The notes under the pieces were generated by a model that saw only the letters and a list, made by a program, of their open reading frames with translations, searched no databases and was not told the DNA's origin. Shown here in pieces: positions 25,772-34,750 of a stretch of DNA of 36,610 nt. The position numbers were made by a program, and so were the translations under genes. This DNA comes from a virus (Duplodnaviria; Caudoviricetes), in IMG/VR virus record IMGVR_UViG_3300027732_000062, positions 1-36,610 of that record, one strand, 5' to 3'. Within the stretch, counting starts at the first letter, position 1, and every line of letters starts with the position of its first letter.

Positions 25772-26305
25772 ATGGAATTAACATTAAACCAAAAACTGTC
25801 TTTAATTCAAAAAGAATTTAAAGCAAACAAATCAAAATTCAATTCATTTGGGAAATATAACTTTAGAAGTGCTGAAGATATATTAGAAGCATTAAAACCT
25901 TACAATGAAAAATACCAAGTAAACTTTACAATAACAGAATCAATGGTAGAATCACAATTTTTACAGTTCCCAATGTTACGTTCAGTAGTTGCAATAAGCG
26001 ATGATTTAGACACATTAACTGCTTCAGCTATAGTTGGTGTAGATTTAGAACAAAAAGGAATGCAAATGCCACAAAAGTTTGGTTCTGCAAGTTCATACGC
26101 TAAAAAATATGCATTGGGTAACTTATTACTTATTGATGATACACAAGATGCTGACGCAACTAACAAAGGTGATAATAAATGGTTAAATTTAAATACACCT
26201 GAATTTAAAAAAGCAGTTGAATACATTAAAGGCGGTGGTTCTGTTTCTGCAATAGAAGCTAAATATAAAATGACTAAAGAAGTTAAAGACGAATTAAGTA
26301 AATAA
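25772..26305 (+). CDS. erf: ERF-family single-strand annealing protein
   Basis: FGKYNFRSAEDILEALKP; GSASSYAKKYALGNLLLIDD..DAD. Confidence 0.88.
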   Translation: MELTLNQKLSLIQKEFKANKSKFNSFGKYNFRSAEDILEALKPYNEKYQVNFTITESMVESQFLQFPMLRSVVAISDDLDTLTASAIVGVDLEQKGMQMPQKFGSASSYAKKYALGNLLLIDDTQDADATNKGDNKWLNLNTPEFKKAVEYIKGGGSVSAIEAKYKMTKEVKDELSK

Positions 26306-26359
26306 TAAAACTGAATAGCTGACAACAGTAAAAAAAGGTAAGCAAATAAAACAAATAAT

Positions 26360-26656
26360 ATGAGTGCATTAATTAATTTAAGTTTAAGAGTAGACAAATT
26401 ACCAAAAGAAAAATTTGTAAGTGGAAAAGATGGAGCAGTTTATTATAACTTCACAATTGGAGTTAATGATGATTCTAACCAGTACGGACAAAATGTTTCT
26501 GCAACTGATTCACAAACAAAAGAAGAACGTGAAGCAAAGAAAGCTAAAACATATCTTGGAAATGGTAATGTTGTCTGGACAGATGGTAATATTAAAGTTG
26601 CTGATAAAAAAGTAGAAGCAACTGCAAAAGAAGTAGAATCGGATTTACCGTTCTAA
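26360..26656 (+). CDS. ssb: Single-stranded DNA-binding protein
   Basis: Follows erf; acidic C-terminal ESDLPF tail. Confidence 0.72.
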   Translation: MSALINLSLRVDKLPKEKFVSGKDGAVYYNFTIGVNDDSNQYGQNVSATDSQTKEEREAKKAKTYLGNGNVVWTDGNIKVADKKVEATAKEVESDLPF

Positions 26657-26721
26657 AAATTAAAAACTATAAATCGGCAGTAAACTAAATTTGCTGCCGA
26701 AATATAGAAACAAAGAAACAA

Positions 26722-27567
26722 ATGAAAACAGTTAATAGCATATCAGGTGGTAAAACTTCTTCATATTTAGCCAAACATTATCCAGCAGATATAAATATAT
26801 TTTCTTTAGTTCGTATTGATGATAAAGATAATTTATGGATGAAAGGTAAAGATGAAAAGACAAGGCAAATAGTTTCTGATAAATTAGGAAAAGAATTTAT
26901 AGGTACAGCTGAAATGGATGAAATAATATATACCATTTTAGATTTAGAACAGTTTATAGGTTCAGAAATAACTTGGGTAACTGGAGATTCATTTGAAGAA
27001 ATAATCAAAAAAAACTATGGTTATTTACCTAACAAAATGACAAGGTATTGTACTGTAGAAATGAAATTAAAACCTATTTTTAATTGGTTACAAGAAAACA
27101 CAGAACTACCAGTAGAAATGAGAATAGGATTTAGACCTAATGAAATATCACGAGCAGAAACAGTTTTAAAACGTGCTGATGAAAATGGAATTGAATTTTT
27201 CAATACTATAATTGGTAAAAGAAAATCACAAAACAAGTGGGGTTTAGTACCATATAGAAAAGTTACTTTTCCTTTAATAGAAAATAATATTCAAAAAGAT
27301 ATAATTTATAATTATTGGAATGATAAAAGTGTTAGATTTGCATATAGAAATAATTGCGTTGGGTGTGTTAATAGACAACCATTAATGATTTCACATATGG
27401 CAAGTAAAGACATAGACAAGGTTAAATGGTTTGAGAAACAAGAAACAATAACAGGAAACAGATTTCTATCAGATGTTTCATTTAATCAAATATTAAAATT
27501 TGGTACACAAACAAGTTTTTTTGATGATGATTTTAATGAATGTGATAGTGGATTTTGTGGAATATAA
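26722..27567 (+). CDS. PAPS reductase-like (PP-loop adenine nucleotide alpha-hydrolase) protein
   Basis: SISGGKTS PP-loop, RYCT, NCVGC, C-terminal ECDSGFCG. Confidence 0.75.
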   Translation: MKTVNSISGGKTSSYLAKHYPADINIFSLVRIDDKDNLWMKGKDEKTRQIVSDKLGKEFIGTAEMDEIIYTILDLEQFIGSEITWVTGDSFEEIIKKNYGYLPNKMTRYCTVEMKLKPIFNWLQENTELPVEMRIGFRPNEISRAETVLKRADENGIEFFNTIIGKRKSQNKWGLVPYRKVTFPLIENNIQKDIIYNYWNDKSVRFAYRNNCVGCVNRQPLMISHMASKDIDKVKWFEKQETITGNRFLSDVSFNQILKFGTQTSFFDDDFNECDSGFCGI

Positions 27568-27578
27568 ATAAAAAACAA

Positions 27579-28421
27579 ATGGACAAAGAAGCACAAAGAT
27601 TATTAATGCAAATGTTTGAAGAAGATTGCTTTATTAATCCATTAGAAAAAATAGAACACCCAATACCAGCAATTTCATTTGGATTTAAAAGTTATGAAAC
27701 TAAAGATGGTGAAATTAGTTATCCAACGCCAATTGGAACTTATGGTAACTTTAGCTTTTTACAAGCACCACCTAAAAGCAAGAAAACATTTTTTGTAAGT
27801 TTATTATCAGCAGTATATTTAGCAGGTGAATTACAACAGTTTGGAGGTGATTTAAGAGCAGATAGACAAAATAGACATATAATACACTTTGACACAGAAC
27901 AAGGGAACTTTCACGCTGCAAATGTGTTTAAACGCCCTATTGATATGACTGGAATTAAAACAGATAAATATCATACTTTAGCATTAAGACAATTAAGTTT
28001 TAAAGAACGTGTTGATTTTATAGAATATTACTTATATGATAAATTAGAAAGTAAAAATATAGGCTTAGTTATTATTGATGGTATTGCAGATTTATGTTCT
28101 GATGTAAATAATATTGAAGAAAGTAATGCAGTAGTGCAAAAGTTAATGAAATGGACAAAAGAATTAAATTGTCATATATTAACAGTAATACATTCTAATT
28201 TTGGAACAGATAAACCAACAGGGCATTTAGGTTCATTCTTAGAAAAGAAAGCAGAAACACAAATACAATTAGAATTAAATACAGTAAATAAACATTTAGT
28301 AACAGTAAGTTGTAAACGTTCAAGAAATGCACCATTTGAAAACTTTAGCTTTAAAGTTAATAATTTTGGATTGCCACAAGTTGAAGGAGCATTTTACGAC
28401 CCATTAAAAGACATATTTTAA
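27579..28421 (+). CDS. RecA-fold AAA ATPase/helicase (RepA/DnaB-like)
   Basis: Degenerate Walker A APPKSKKT, FDTEQG, Walker B IIDGIAD, GHLGS. Confidence 0.75.
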   Translation: MDKEAQRLLMQMFEEDCFINPLEKIEHPIPAISFGFKSYETKDGEISYPTPIGTYGNFSFLQAPPKSKKTFFVSLLSAVYLAGELQQFGGDLRADRQNRHIIHFDTEQGNFHAANVFKRPIDMTGIKTDKYHTLALRQLSFKERVDFIEYYLYDKLESKNIGLVIIDGIADLCSDVNNIEESNAVVQKLMKWTKELNCHILTVIHSNFGTDKPTGHLGSFLEKKAETQIQLELNTVNKHLVTVSCKRSRNAPFENFSFKVNNFGLPQVEGAFYDPLKDIF

Positions 28422-28423
28422 TT

Positions 28424-28615
28424 ATGACACCAAAAGCAAAACTTAAATCAATAGAAAGAAAAATGCAACTAATTCAAAAAAATAATCCTGAATTAGATTT
28501 AAAAATAATTTCAAGTAAATTTTTTGATATTGAAAGATATTATAAATTAAGACAAGAACATTTTTTTTTAGATTTTGAAATTAATCATTGTATAACTTGT
28601 GGTAAAAAAATATAA
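28424..28615 (+). CDS. Hypothetical protein (63 aa) with a C-terminal CxxC
   Basis: HCITCGKKI; operon packing. Confidence 0.65.
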   Translation: MTPKAKLKSIERKMQLIQKNNPELDLKIISSKFFDIERYYKLRQEHFFLDFEINHCITCGKKI

Positions 28616-28617
28616 TT

Positions 28618-28914
28618 ATGAAAATAACAATGAAAAACCACATCGAACAATTACAAACATCTGCAACTAGAATGTTAGTTTTAAATTCAGATAATAGTAT
28701 GTTAATAAGTTATTTCAAAGACTTGAATGAAAAGATTGTATATTTGAAAGAATTAGTAGATATGGATTCAAAGTATAATTGGATTGATATAGAAAATATG
28801 ATGAATTTATTAAAAGATAAAGATTCAGAATTAACTAATATCAATGTAAATTTTAAAATAAAAGAAGTAACTACAGAAAAGAAAGAAGCATTTTTAAAAA
28901 TTAAAGTTTTATAA
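28618..28914 (+). CDS. Hypothetical protein (98 aa)
   Basis: ORF with TAATTATG junctions. Confidence 0.7.
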   Translation: MKITMKNHIEQLQTSATRMLVLNSDNSMLISYFKDLNEKIVYLKELVDMDSKYNWIDIENMMNLLKDKDSELTNINVNFKIKEVTTEKKEAFLKIKVL

Positions 28915-28916
28915 TT

Positions 28917-29132
28917 ATGATAGTATTATTAGTATTAGTTTTAGCAGTAGTTTTTATAGTAATGAATTTCGTAGATTGTGATATATTAATAACACCAATT
29001 AAAGGTATTATGTTTGGTGCTTTATATAACGATGATGTTTACGATGAAGAAACAGACCATACAATTCAAATATTAATATTATTTATATCATTCAATTTCC
29101 TATGGACAACTACAAATGGCTTGAACAAGTAG
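28917..29132 (+). CDS. Small membrane protein
   Basis: Hydrophobic N-terminus MIVLLVLVLAVVFIVM. Confidence 0.7.
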   Translation: MIVLLVLVLAVVFIVMNFVDCDILITPIKGIMFGALYNDDVYDEETDHTIQILILFISFNFLWTTTNGLNK

Positions 29133-29644
29133 CAAAGCATCACAAAGAATGGGTTGAGGTGATACATAAACTTGGAGAACACGATATGGCTGAGGATATT
29201 GTCCAAGAAAGTTACATTGCATTAATAAAATACGCTGATGCAACAAAGTTAATTGATTCACAAGGATTAGTTCGCAAAGGATATATGTTTTTCACTTTAC
29301 GTTCTTTATATTATCAGTTTTACAATAAAAAGAAAAAGATTAATAAAGTATCTTTTGATGATTGTTGGGAATTATTTGATGATTCAAACATAGAAGAACA
29401 AAAAGCGTATAATGATATATGTTTATTGATTGATGAAGAAATAGATAACTGGCATTGGTACGATAAGAAGCTGTTTAAATTATATCGTGATACAGATATG
29501 TCTATGCGTGATATAGCAAAAGAAACAAATATAAGTTTAATATCAATATTTCATTCAATTAAAAACTACAAAGAAATATTAAATACAAAGTTTCAACAAG
29601 ATTACGATGATTATATTTCAAATGACTATAATAATATTTATTGA
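29102..29644 (+). CDS. ECF-like sigma-70 factor (probable late transcription)
   Basis: Region-2-like AEDIVQESYI and region-4 HTH MSMRDIAKETNISLISIFHSIK. Confidence 0.8.
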   Translation: MDNYKWLEQVAKHHKEWVEVIHKLGEHDMAEDIVQESYIALIKYADATKLIDSQGLVRKGYMFFTLRSLYYQFYNKKKKINKVSFDDCWELFDDSNIEEQKAYNDICLLIDEEIDNWHWYDKKLFKLYRDTDMSMRDIAKETNISLISIFHSIKNYKEILNTKFQQDYDDYISNDYNNIY

Positions 29645-30420
29645 TGAAAAAATGTAGTAAATGCAAAATAGAAAAGTCTTATGATAATTTTAACAAAGAC
29701 AAAACAAAAAAAAATGGAATAACATCAAGTTGTAAAGATTGTCATAAAATATATAATGATAATAAAAGAGGTTATTTAACAGAAGAAGAAAAAAGAAAAA
29801 GATTAGAAAGAGGTAAATTAAGTCGTTCTGAATATTTAAAAAAATATAACATAAATAATAAAGAACGTATTTTAGATTATGCAAAAAAATATAGAGAAAT
29901 CAATTCAGATAAAATAAAAGAATATCATAAAAATAATAAGTATAAAAGAAAAATTAGAGATGAAAAAAATAAAGAAACTTTAAATAATTATAAAAGAATT
30001 TGGTATCAAAATAATAAGGATAAAGCAAAAAAATATAATGAAAGCAATAAAGAAAAAAGAAATTGTCAATTAACCAATAGAAGAAAAATTGATTATTTAT
30101 TTAAATTAAAATGTACTATAAAATCTTTAATATTTTCTTCAATTAAAAAAAATGGTTATTCTAAAAAAACAAAAACTTATCAAATATTAGGATGTTCATT
30201 TGAAGAATTTAAACAACATTTAGAAAGACAATTTACAAAAGGTATGAATTGGGATAATCAAGGACAATGGCATTTAGACCATATATACCCAGTATCTTTA
30301 GCAAAAGATGAAGAAGAATTAATAAGATTAAATCATTACACTAATTTTCAACCTTTATGGGCTATTGATAATTTAAAAAAAGGAAATAAAATAATAGAAC
30401 AACAATTAATACTAATTTAA
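29644..30420 (+). CDS. HNH-type endonuclease with zinc ribbon, paralogue of 24143
   Basis: CSKC...CKDC; WHLDHIYP...NFQPLWAIDN. Confidence 0.85.
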   Translation: MKKCSKCKIEKSYDNFNKDKTKKNGITSSCKDCHKIYNDNKRGYLTEEEKRKRLERGKLSRSEYLKKYNINNKERILDYAKKYREINSDKIKEYHKNNKYKRKIRDEKNKETLNNYKRIWYQNNKDKAKKYNESNKEKRNCQLTNRRKIDYLFKLKCTIKSLIFSSIKKNGYSKKTKTYQILGCSFEEFKQHLERQFTKGMNWDNQGQWHLDHIYPVSLAKDEEELIRLNHYTNFQPLWAIDNLKKGNKIIEQQLILI

Positions 30421-30431
30421 AATTTAATAAA

Positions 30432-30815
30432 ATGGCAAAATCAAAAAAAGAATCAGTAGGTCTTGGAGATACTATTGAAAAATTAACTACTGCTACAGGA
30501 ATAAAAGCTGCAGTTGAAATGTTTACAAAAGTTACAGGTGTAGATTGTAATTGCGACAAACGTAAAGAAACATTAAATAAATTATTTCCTTACAATTCAA
30601 ACATTAACTGTTTAACAGAATCAGATTATAATTTACTCACAACTTTTGTAGACCCTTTAAAAAATACATTAACACCAAGTGAACAATTAATAGTATCAGA
30701 TATTTATTTTAACGTGTTTAATTATCGTTTACAATTATCATCTTGCGGTTCTTGTTGGAAAGGTAAAATAGATGAACTAAGAAAAGTGTATAATGAATAT
30801 AAATTAAATGACTAA
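30432..30815 (+). CDS. Cys-containing hypothetical protein
   Basis: GLGDTIEK, DCNCDKRK, SCGSC. Confidence 0.7.
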   Translation: MAKSKKESVGLGDTIEKLTTATGIKAAVEMFTKVTGVDCNCDKRKETLNKLFPYNSNINCLTESDYNLLTTFVDPLKNTLTPSEQLIVSDIYFNVFNYRLQLSSCGSCWKGKIDELRKVYNEYKLND

Positions 30816-31203
30816 CTGGAAAGAAGTTGATTTATTTAATTGGTTAAAAGAAAATGTATATCCTGATTTAGTTAAAGCTAAAAATCAAATGTCAAGATGG
30901 GATTGTTACAGTCCCATTACAGGACATAGGCTTGAATTAAAGTGTAGAAAAGCACATTATGATACTTTATTACTTGAAAAGAAAAAGTACGATGCTATGA
31001 AGCAAGAATGTGAAAAGCATTTAGACACACCAATGTATTTTAATTCAACTCCAAAAGGTATTTATAGTTTTAATTTAAACATAATAATACCTGAATGGGA
31101 AATTAATTTTAAGAATCCAGCAACAACACATTTTAAAAATACCAATAAAGTAGAAAAAGAAGTAGCATATTTAGAAATAACAAAGGCAAAACAATGGAAA
31201 TAA
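30808..31203 (+). CDS. PD-(D/E)xK-like nuclease-fold protein
   Basis: WDC...LELKCR...LLEKKKYD. Confidence 0.55.
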   Translation: MTNWKEVDLFNWLKENVYPDLVKAKNQMSRWDCYSPITGHRLELKCRKAHYDTLLLEKKKYDAMKQECEKHLDTPMYFNSTPKGIYSFNLNIIIPEWEINFKNPATTHFKNTNKVEKEVAYLEITKAKQWK

Positions 31204-31550
31204 ATGTAATACAACAAGAATATTTAAAATCAGTAATATTAAGTCAATTATTACTTGAATCAAATGAATCATTATTTTTCACACAACAGTATAAGCAACA
31301 AATTAAACACAAAATAAATAGTTTAAATAAAGACTTAGAAGAAACAGTAAGAAAAGAATATAGTATAATTTACAATACAGACCCAGAAACAACTACAAAC
31401 ATTTTAAATAGCATTGAATCAATTGTAAAGAAACTACAAACAAGTTCAATAGATGAATTAGTATTTATTAATGCAGTAATTGACAAGTATAAAGAAAACA
31501 AAGAATGGTTTAAAACGTATGGTGAAACTGAATTTTTAAAATTAGATTAA
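31194..31550 (+). CDS. Hypothetical protein (118 aa)
   Basis: ORF; its last codons also form window bases 1-22. Confidence 0.75.
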   Translation: MEINVIQQEYLKSVILSQLLLESNESLFFTQQYKQQIKHKINSLNKDLEETVRKEYSIIYNTDPETTTNILNSIESIVKKLQTSSIDELVFINAVIDKYKENKEWFKTYGETEFLKLD

Positions 31551-31813
31551 TGGCAAAAAAACAAATAGAAAAATATATTCCAACAGATGAAGAATTACAA
31601 TGTAGTTATATTTGTCACAAGAATGATTTAGCTTATGTTATACAGCCAATATTAAATTCAAAGAAGTATAAAGTAGTTAAGTTTCAAATATCAAATAGAT
31701 TAGAAGTGCATACTTTAAAAGATAATGTACAAGATTTAGAATTTACAGAATACGATGCATTAAAAAAAACAATGGAACTTTACACACAACACTCAAAAAG
31801 ATTTAACAAATGA
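31550..31813 (+). CDS. Hypothetical protein, allele of 22..285
   Basis: Near-identical translation. Confidence 0.8.
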   Translation: MAKKQIEKYIPTDEELQCSYICHKNDLAYVIQPILNSKKYKVVKFQISNRLEVHTLKDNVQDLEFTEYDALKKTMELYTQHSKRFNK

Positions 31814-31837
31814 AAATAAGCGAAAAAAAAATTTAAT

Positions 31838-32245
31838 ATGAAATATCAATTCAGACCCTATGCAACTATGCAACCTACTGTAGTAACATTAACAGGTAAA
31901 GTTTATGAAAAAGGAGAACATCCTTTATATACAGAACATAAAATTATTGAGGTTGTTGATGAACAAGGTGAAATGCATTATGCTTTTGAAGATGAACTTA
32001 AATCAGATGAAGTAGAGAAACAACAAAAAGTTTATAGTGAGGAAGATATGGAAGAAATGATAGATACAATAGTAGAATCAGTTATAAACCAATTTAAACA
32101 ACGTTCTGAAGTAGGAATAAGAAAATACAATACAACATTAGATAGAACAGATTTAACACGCTTAGAATGGCTACAACACGCACAAGAAGAAGCAATGGAT
32201 TTAATATTATATTTAGAAAAATTAAAACAATATGACAAAGAGTAA
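31838..32245 (+). CDS. MazG-like protein allele with a different, longer N-terminus
   Basis: Shares DTIVESVI..QFKQRSEVGI onward with 282..530. Confidence 0.55.
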   Translation: MKYQFRPYATMQPTVVTLTGKVYEKGEHPLYTEHKIIEVVDEQGEMHYAFEDELKSDEVEKQQKVYSEEDMEEMIDTIVESVINQFKQRSEVGIRKYNTTLDRTDLTRLEWLQHAQEEAMDLILYLEKLKQYDKE

Positions 32246-32366
32246 ACAATCAGCACTACAAAGAATAAATAGAATTATAGACTTTAACTGGAAACGAGGT
32301 AATAACAAAGAATCAGTTAATGAAGTGTATCGGAAAATAATTAATCAAAAGCTACTTAAACAGTAG
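32232..32366 (+). CDS. 44-aa protein, allele of 635..769
   Basis: Manual translation. Confidence 0.7.
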   Translation: MTKSKQSALQRINRIIDFNWKRGNNKESVNEVYRKIINQKLLKQ

Positions 32367-32375
32367 CTTTTTTTT
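32347..32375 (+). terminator. Intrinsic terminator (copy B)
   Basis: AAAAGCTACT-TAAAC-AGTAGCTTTT. Confidence 0.85.
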
Positions 32376-32380
32376 ATTTA

Positions 32381-32430
32381 GTTAAATATTTGTTAAAATG
32401 TATTTTATGTTAAAAAGTTGTTTATATTTG
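32381..32430 (+). promoter_or_regulatory. Early promoter (copy B)
   Basis: Identical to 781..830. Confidence 0.8.
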
Positions 32431-32453
32431 TATAACAATTTAAAACAAACATT

Positions 32454-32663
32454 ATGACAAAGCAAGAAATTATTGAAACATTAAGTAACTGCATTGAATT
32501 ATCTAACTTATCAGAAAACGTTTATATGAGAAATAGACTAACTGAAGTTGCAGAAGCATTAATAGAAGAATGGAACGAATCAGATGCTTATGATGAAGTA
32601 GTTAAACAGGTTCTTAATTACGATGAAACAATGAATAATTTAAACAATATAAGAATAAGATAA
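32454..32663 (+). CDS. Allele of 854..1063
   Basis: Near-identical translation. Confidence 0.8.
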   Translation: MTKQEIIETLSNCIELSNLSENVYMRNRLTEVAEALIEEWNESDAYDEVVKQVLNYDETMNNLNNIRIR

Positions 32664-32866
32664 TGAACGAACAAGCATTAATAAAAATTCAATCTAAAGT
32701 AATTGGATTAGATAGAGAATTACATAAATTAATCAATGAATTAATAAATGGACAAAGTCTTACAAGTGACGAACATTTAACTATTATGATTAATAGCACA
32801 GAACGTGAATTAAGTATTTACAATGATATTTTAAAGTTAATAATTAACAATTGGAACGAAAACTAA
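32663..32866 (+). CDS. Allele of 1063..1266
   Basis: Near-identical; C-terminus differs. Confidence 0.8.
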   Translation: MNEQALIKIQSKVIGLDRELHKLINELINGQSLTSDEHLTIMINSTERELSIYNDILKLIINNWNEN

Positions 32867-33579
32867 TGATAGTGTTATTTGATGCAGATAGTTTGATATT
32901 TTCAAGCTGCTATAAGAAACGAGAAACAATAGAGGATGATGGTTTCCACCATAACTTAGAAGATTCAATAGTAAAGTTTGATGAAGTGTTTATGAGTATA
33001 ATAAATCACTTAGAAGATATTTACGAAATCAATGAAGTAAAAACATTTTCAGGTTCTAAAGGTAATTTTAGAAAATACATTACACCGAAGTATAAAGCAA
33101 ATAGAGATTATAATAATTTGCCACCATTGTTAAATCAAATGCACGAATATGTAAAAGAACAATACGATTCTATTTGGGGTTATGGTTGTGAAACTGATGA
33201 CGTTGTAGCTAAATACTGGTACACACTTTCAAATGAAATAGGCAGAGATAATGTTATAATAGTTTCAATAGATAAAGACTATAAACAATTCCCTTGTTTG
33301 ATGTATAACTACCATATTAAACATAAAGTAGTTTATGATATATCAGAAGAAGAAGCAAGATATAACTTTTATGAGCAAATGATTGTTGGAGATACTGCTG
33401 ACAATGTAAACTACTGCAAAGGTTATGGTAAAAAATATGCTGAAAAGTATTTAGCAGAATGTAAAACTAAATATGAATATACTAAAAAGATATACCAACT
33501 ATTTAAAGAAATACACAAAGGAAAAGCAAGGCAACGTTATATTGAATGTTGGAACTTATTAAAACTTAAAACTGACTAA
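32866..33579 (+). CDS. 5'-3' exonuclease (copy B)
   Basis: Allele of 1266..1979. Confidence 0.9.
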   Translation: MIVLFDADSLIFSSCYKKRETIEDDGFHHNLEDSIVKFDEVFMSIINHLEDIYEINEVKTFSGSKGNFRKYITPKYKANRDYNNLPPLLNQMHEYVKEQYDSIWGYGCETDDVVAKYWYTLSNEIGRDNVIIVSIDKDYKQFPCLMYNYHIKHKVVYDISEEEARYNFYEQMIVGDTADNVNYCKGYGKKYAEKYLAECKTKYEYTKKIYQLFKEIHKGKARQRYIECWNLLKLKTD

Positions 33580-33948
33580 ATGGAATACTGCAATGACTTT
33601 AAATATGATTTAAAAGTAGGACAGATAGGTGAACAACTATTAAACGATATATTCACTTTAAAAACAATAGAAGTAAAACGTGATAGCTGGATATATAAAA
33701 GCGGTAACATAGCAATAGAATATGAAAGCAGAAATAAACCATCAGGAATAGCAAAATCAGAAGCAGACTATTGGGCAATTATATTTTCAGGTGATTATAA
33801 AGATGAAATAATATTAATAATAAAAGCAAATAGATTAAAAGATATTTGTAGAACATATTACAAGAAAGGAAATATAAAATCAATGGGTGATAATAACACA
33901 TCAAAAGCAATATTAATACCAATAACAGAAATATTAAAATGGACATAA
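33580..33948 (+). CDS. PD-(D/E)xK-like protein (copy B)
   Basis: Allele of 2602..2970, here directly after the exonuclease. Confidence 0.55.
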   Translation: MEYCNDFKYDLKVGQIGEQLLNDIFTLKTIEVKRDSWIYKSGNIAIEYESRNKPSGIAKSEADYWAIIFSGDYKDEIILIIKANRLKDICRTYYKKGNIKSMGDNNTSKAILIPITEILKWT

Positions 33949-34463
33949 CAGAAAGATTAAAAGAAATAATACTACAAGAAACAGATACAGATATAAACAT
34001 AAGAACAAGAAAGAAAAACACTGTAGAAATACGTTCTTTATATTGTAATATCTTAAAAGAATTAAAACCAAATAAAACGCTTCAATCAATTGGTGATACA
34101 TTAGAATTAAATCACGCATCAGTAATTCATTCTTTAAAAATGTATGAAGTATATTCTAAAGATAATAAAGACTTAAAAAAGTTAAAAGACATTATAATGT
34201 CACACTTTATAAAAGTAGATGAAAGACAAATAGAAGAACTTAATGAAGTAGAACAATTGCAGCAAAGAATATATCAATTAACATTTGACAAAGATAGATT
34301 AGAAATAGAGCTAAGAAAACAAAAACAAATGAAAAGATATAACTTTGAAATAATAGAAAACTTAAACAATCTATTAGAAGAAACAAACGGAACAATGCAA
34401 TATGAAATAATAAACGATAGACTAAAAGCATTTTACACAATGAATAAAAACATAAGACTATGA
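33939..34463 (+). CDS. DnaA-C-like HTH protein (copy B)
   Basis: Allele of 2961..3485. Confidence 0.65.
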   Translation: MDITERLKEIILQETDTDINIRTRKKNTVEIRSLYCNILKELKPNKTLQSIGDTLELNHASVIHSLKMYEVYSKDNKDLKKLKDIIMSHFIKVDERQIEELNEVEQLQQRIYQLTFDKDRLEIELRKQKQMKRYNFEIIENLNNLLEETNGTMQYEIINDRLKAFYTMNKNIRL

Positions 34464-34558
34464 GAAAAGAAACAGAAACATTTATAACTGCAGTAATAGT
34501 AGCATTTATAATAATAGTAACAATAATGAGTTTAATAACATCAATAATAATACTATGA
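34460..34558 (+). CDS. 32-aa TM peptide (copy B)
   Basis: Allele of 3482..3580. Confidence 0.65.
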   Translation: MRKETETFITAVIVAFIIIVTIMSLITSIIIL

Positions 34559-34749
34559 CAGCAAGAGAACAAGCAGAAAACTATATGAAACTAAAAGCAG
34601 GTTACATATCAGCAAAAGAAAGAGCACAAATACTATATGATAAATATTCAATAGAATACAATAGAGCATTAGTATCAGGTGATATGCAACAATCAGAACA
34701 TTGGAAGGAAGTAGCAAAAGAATTAAGTAAACTATATAAACAAAAGTAA
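34555..34749 (+). CDS. Allele of 3577..3771
   Basis: Near-identical translation. Confidence 0.75.
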   Translation: MTAREQAENYMKLKAGYISAKERAQILYDKYSIEYNRALVSGDMQQSEHWKEVAKELSKLYKQK

Positions 34750-34750
34750 A

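Noticed and set aside
26310-26343. preQ1-I riboswitch (hairpin plus A-rich tail)
   Set aside because: Loop and tail do not match the preQ1 consensus and there are no queuosine genes; kept only as a generic pseudoknot candidate.
24789-26615. Nested + strand ORFs 24789..25043 and 26421..26615
   Set aside because: Fully inside ninG and ssb, with no slippery site or motif supporting them.
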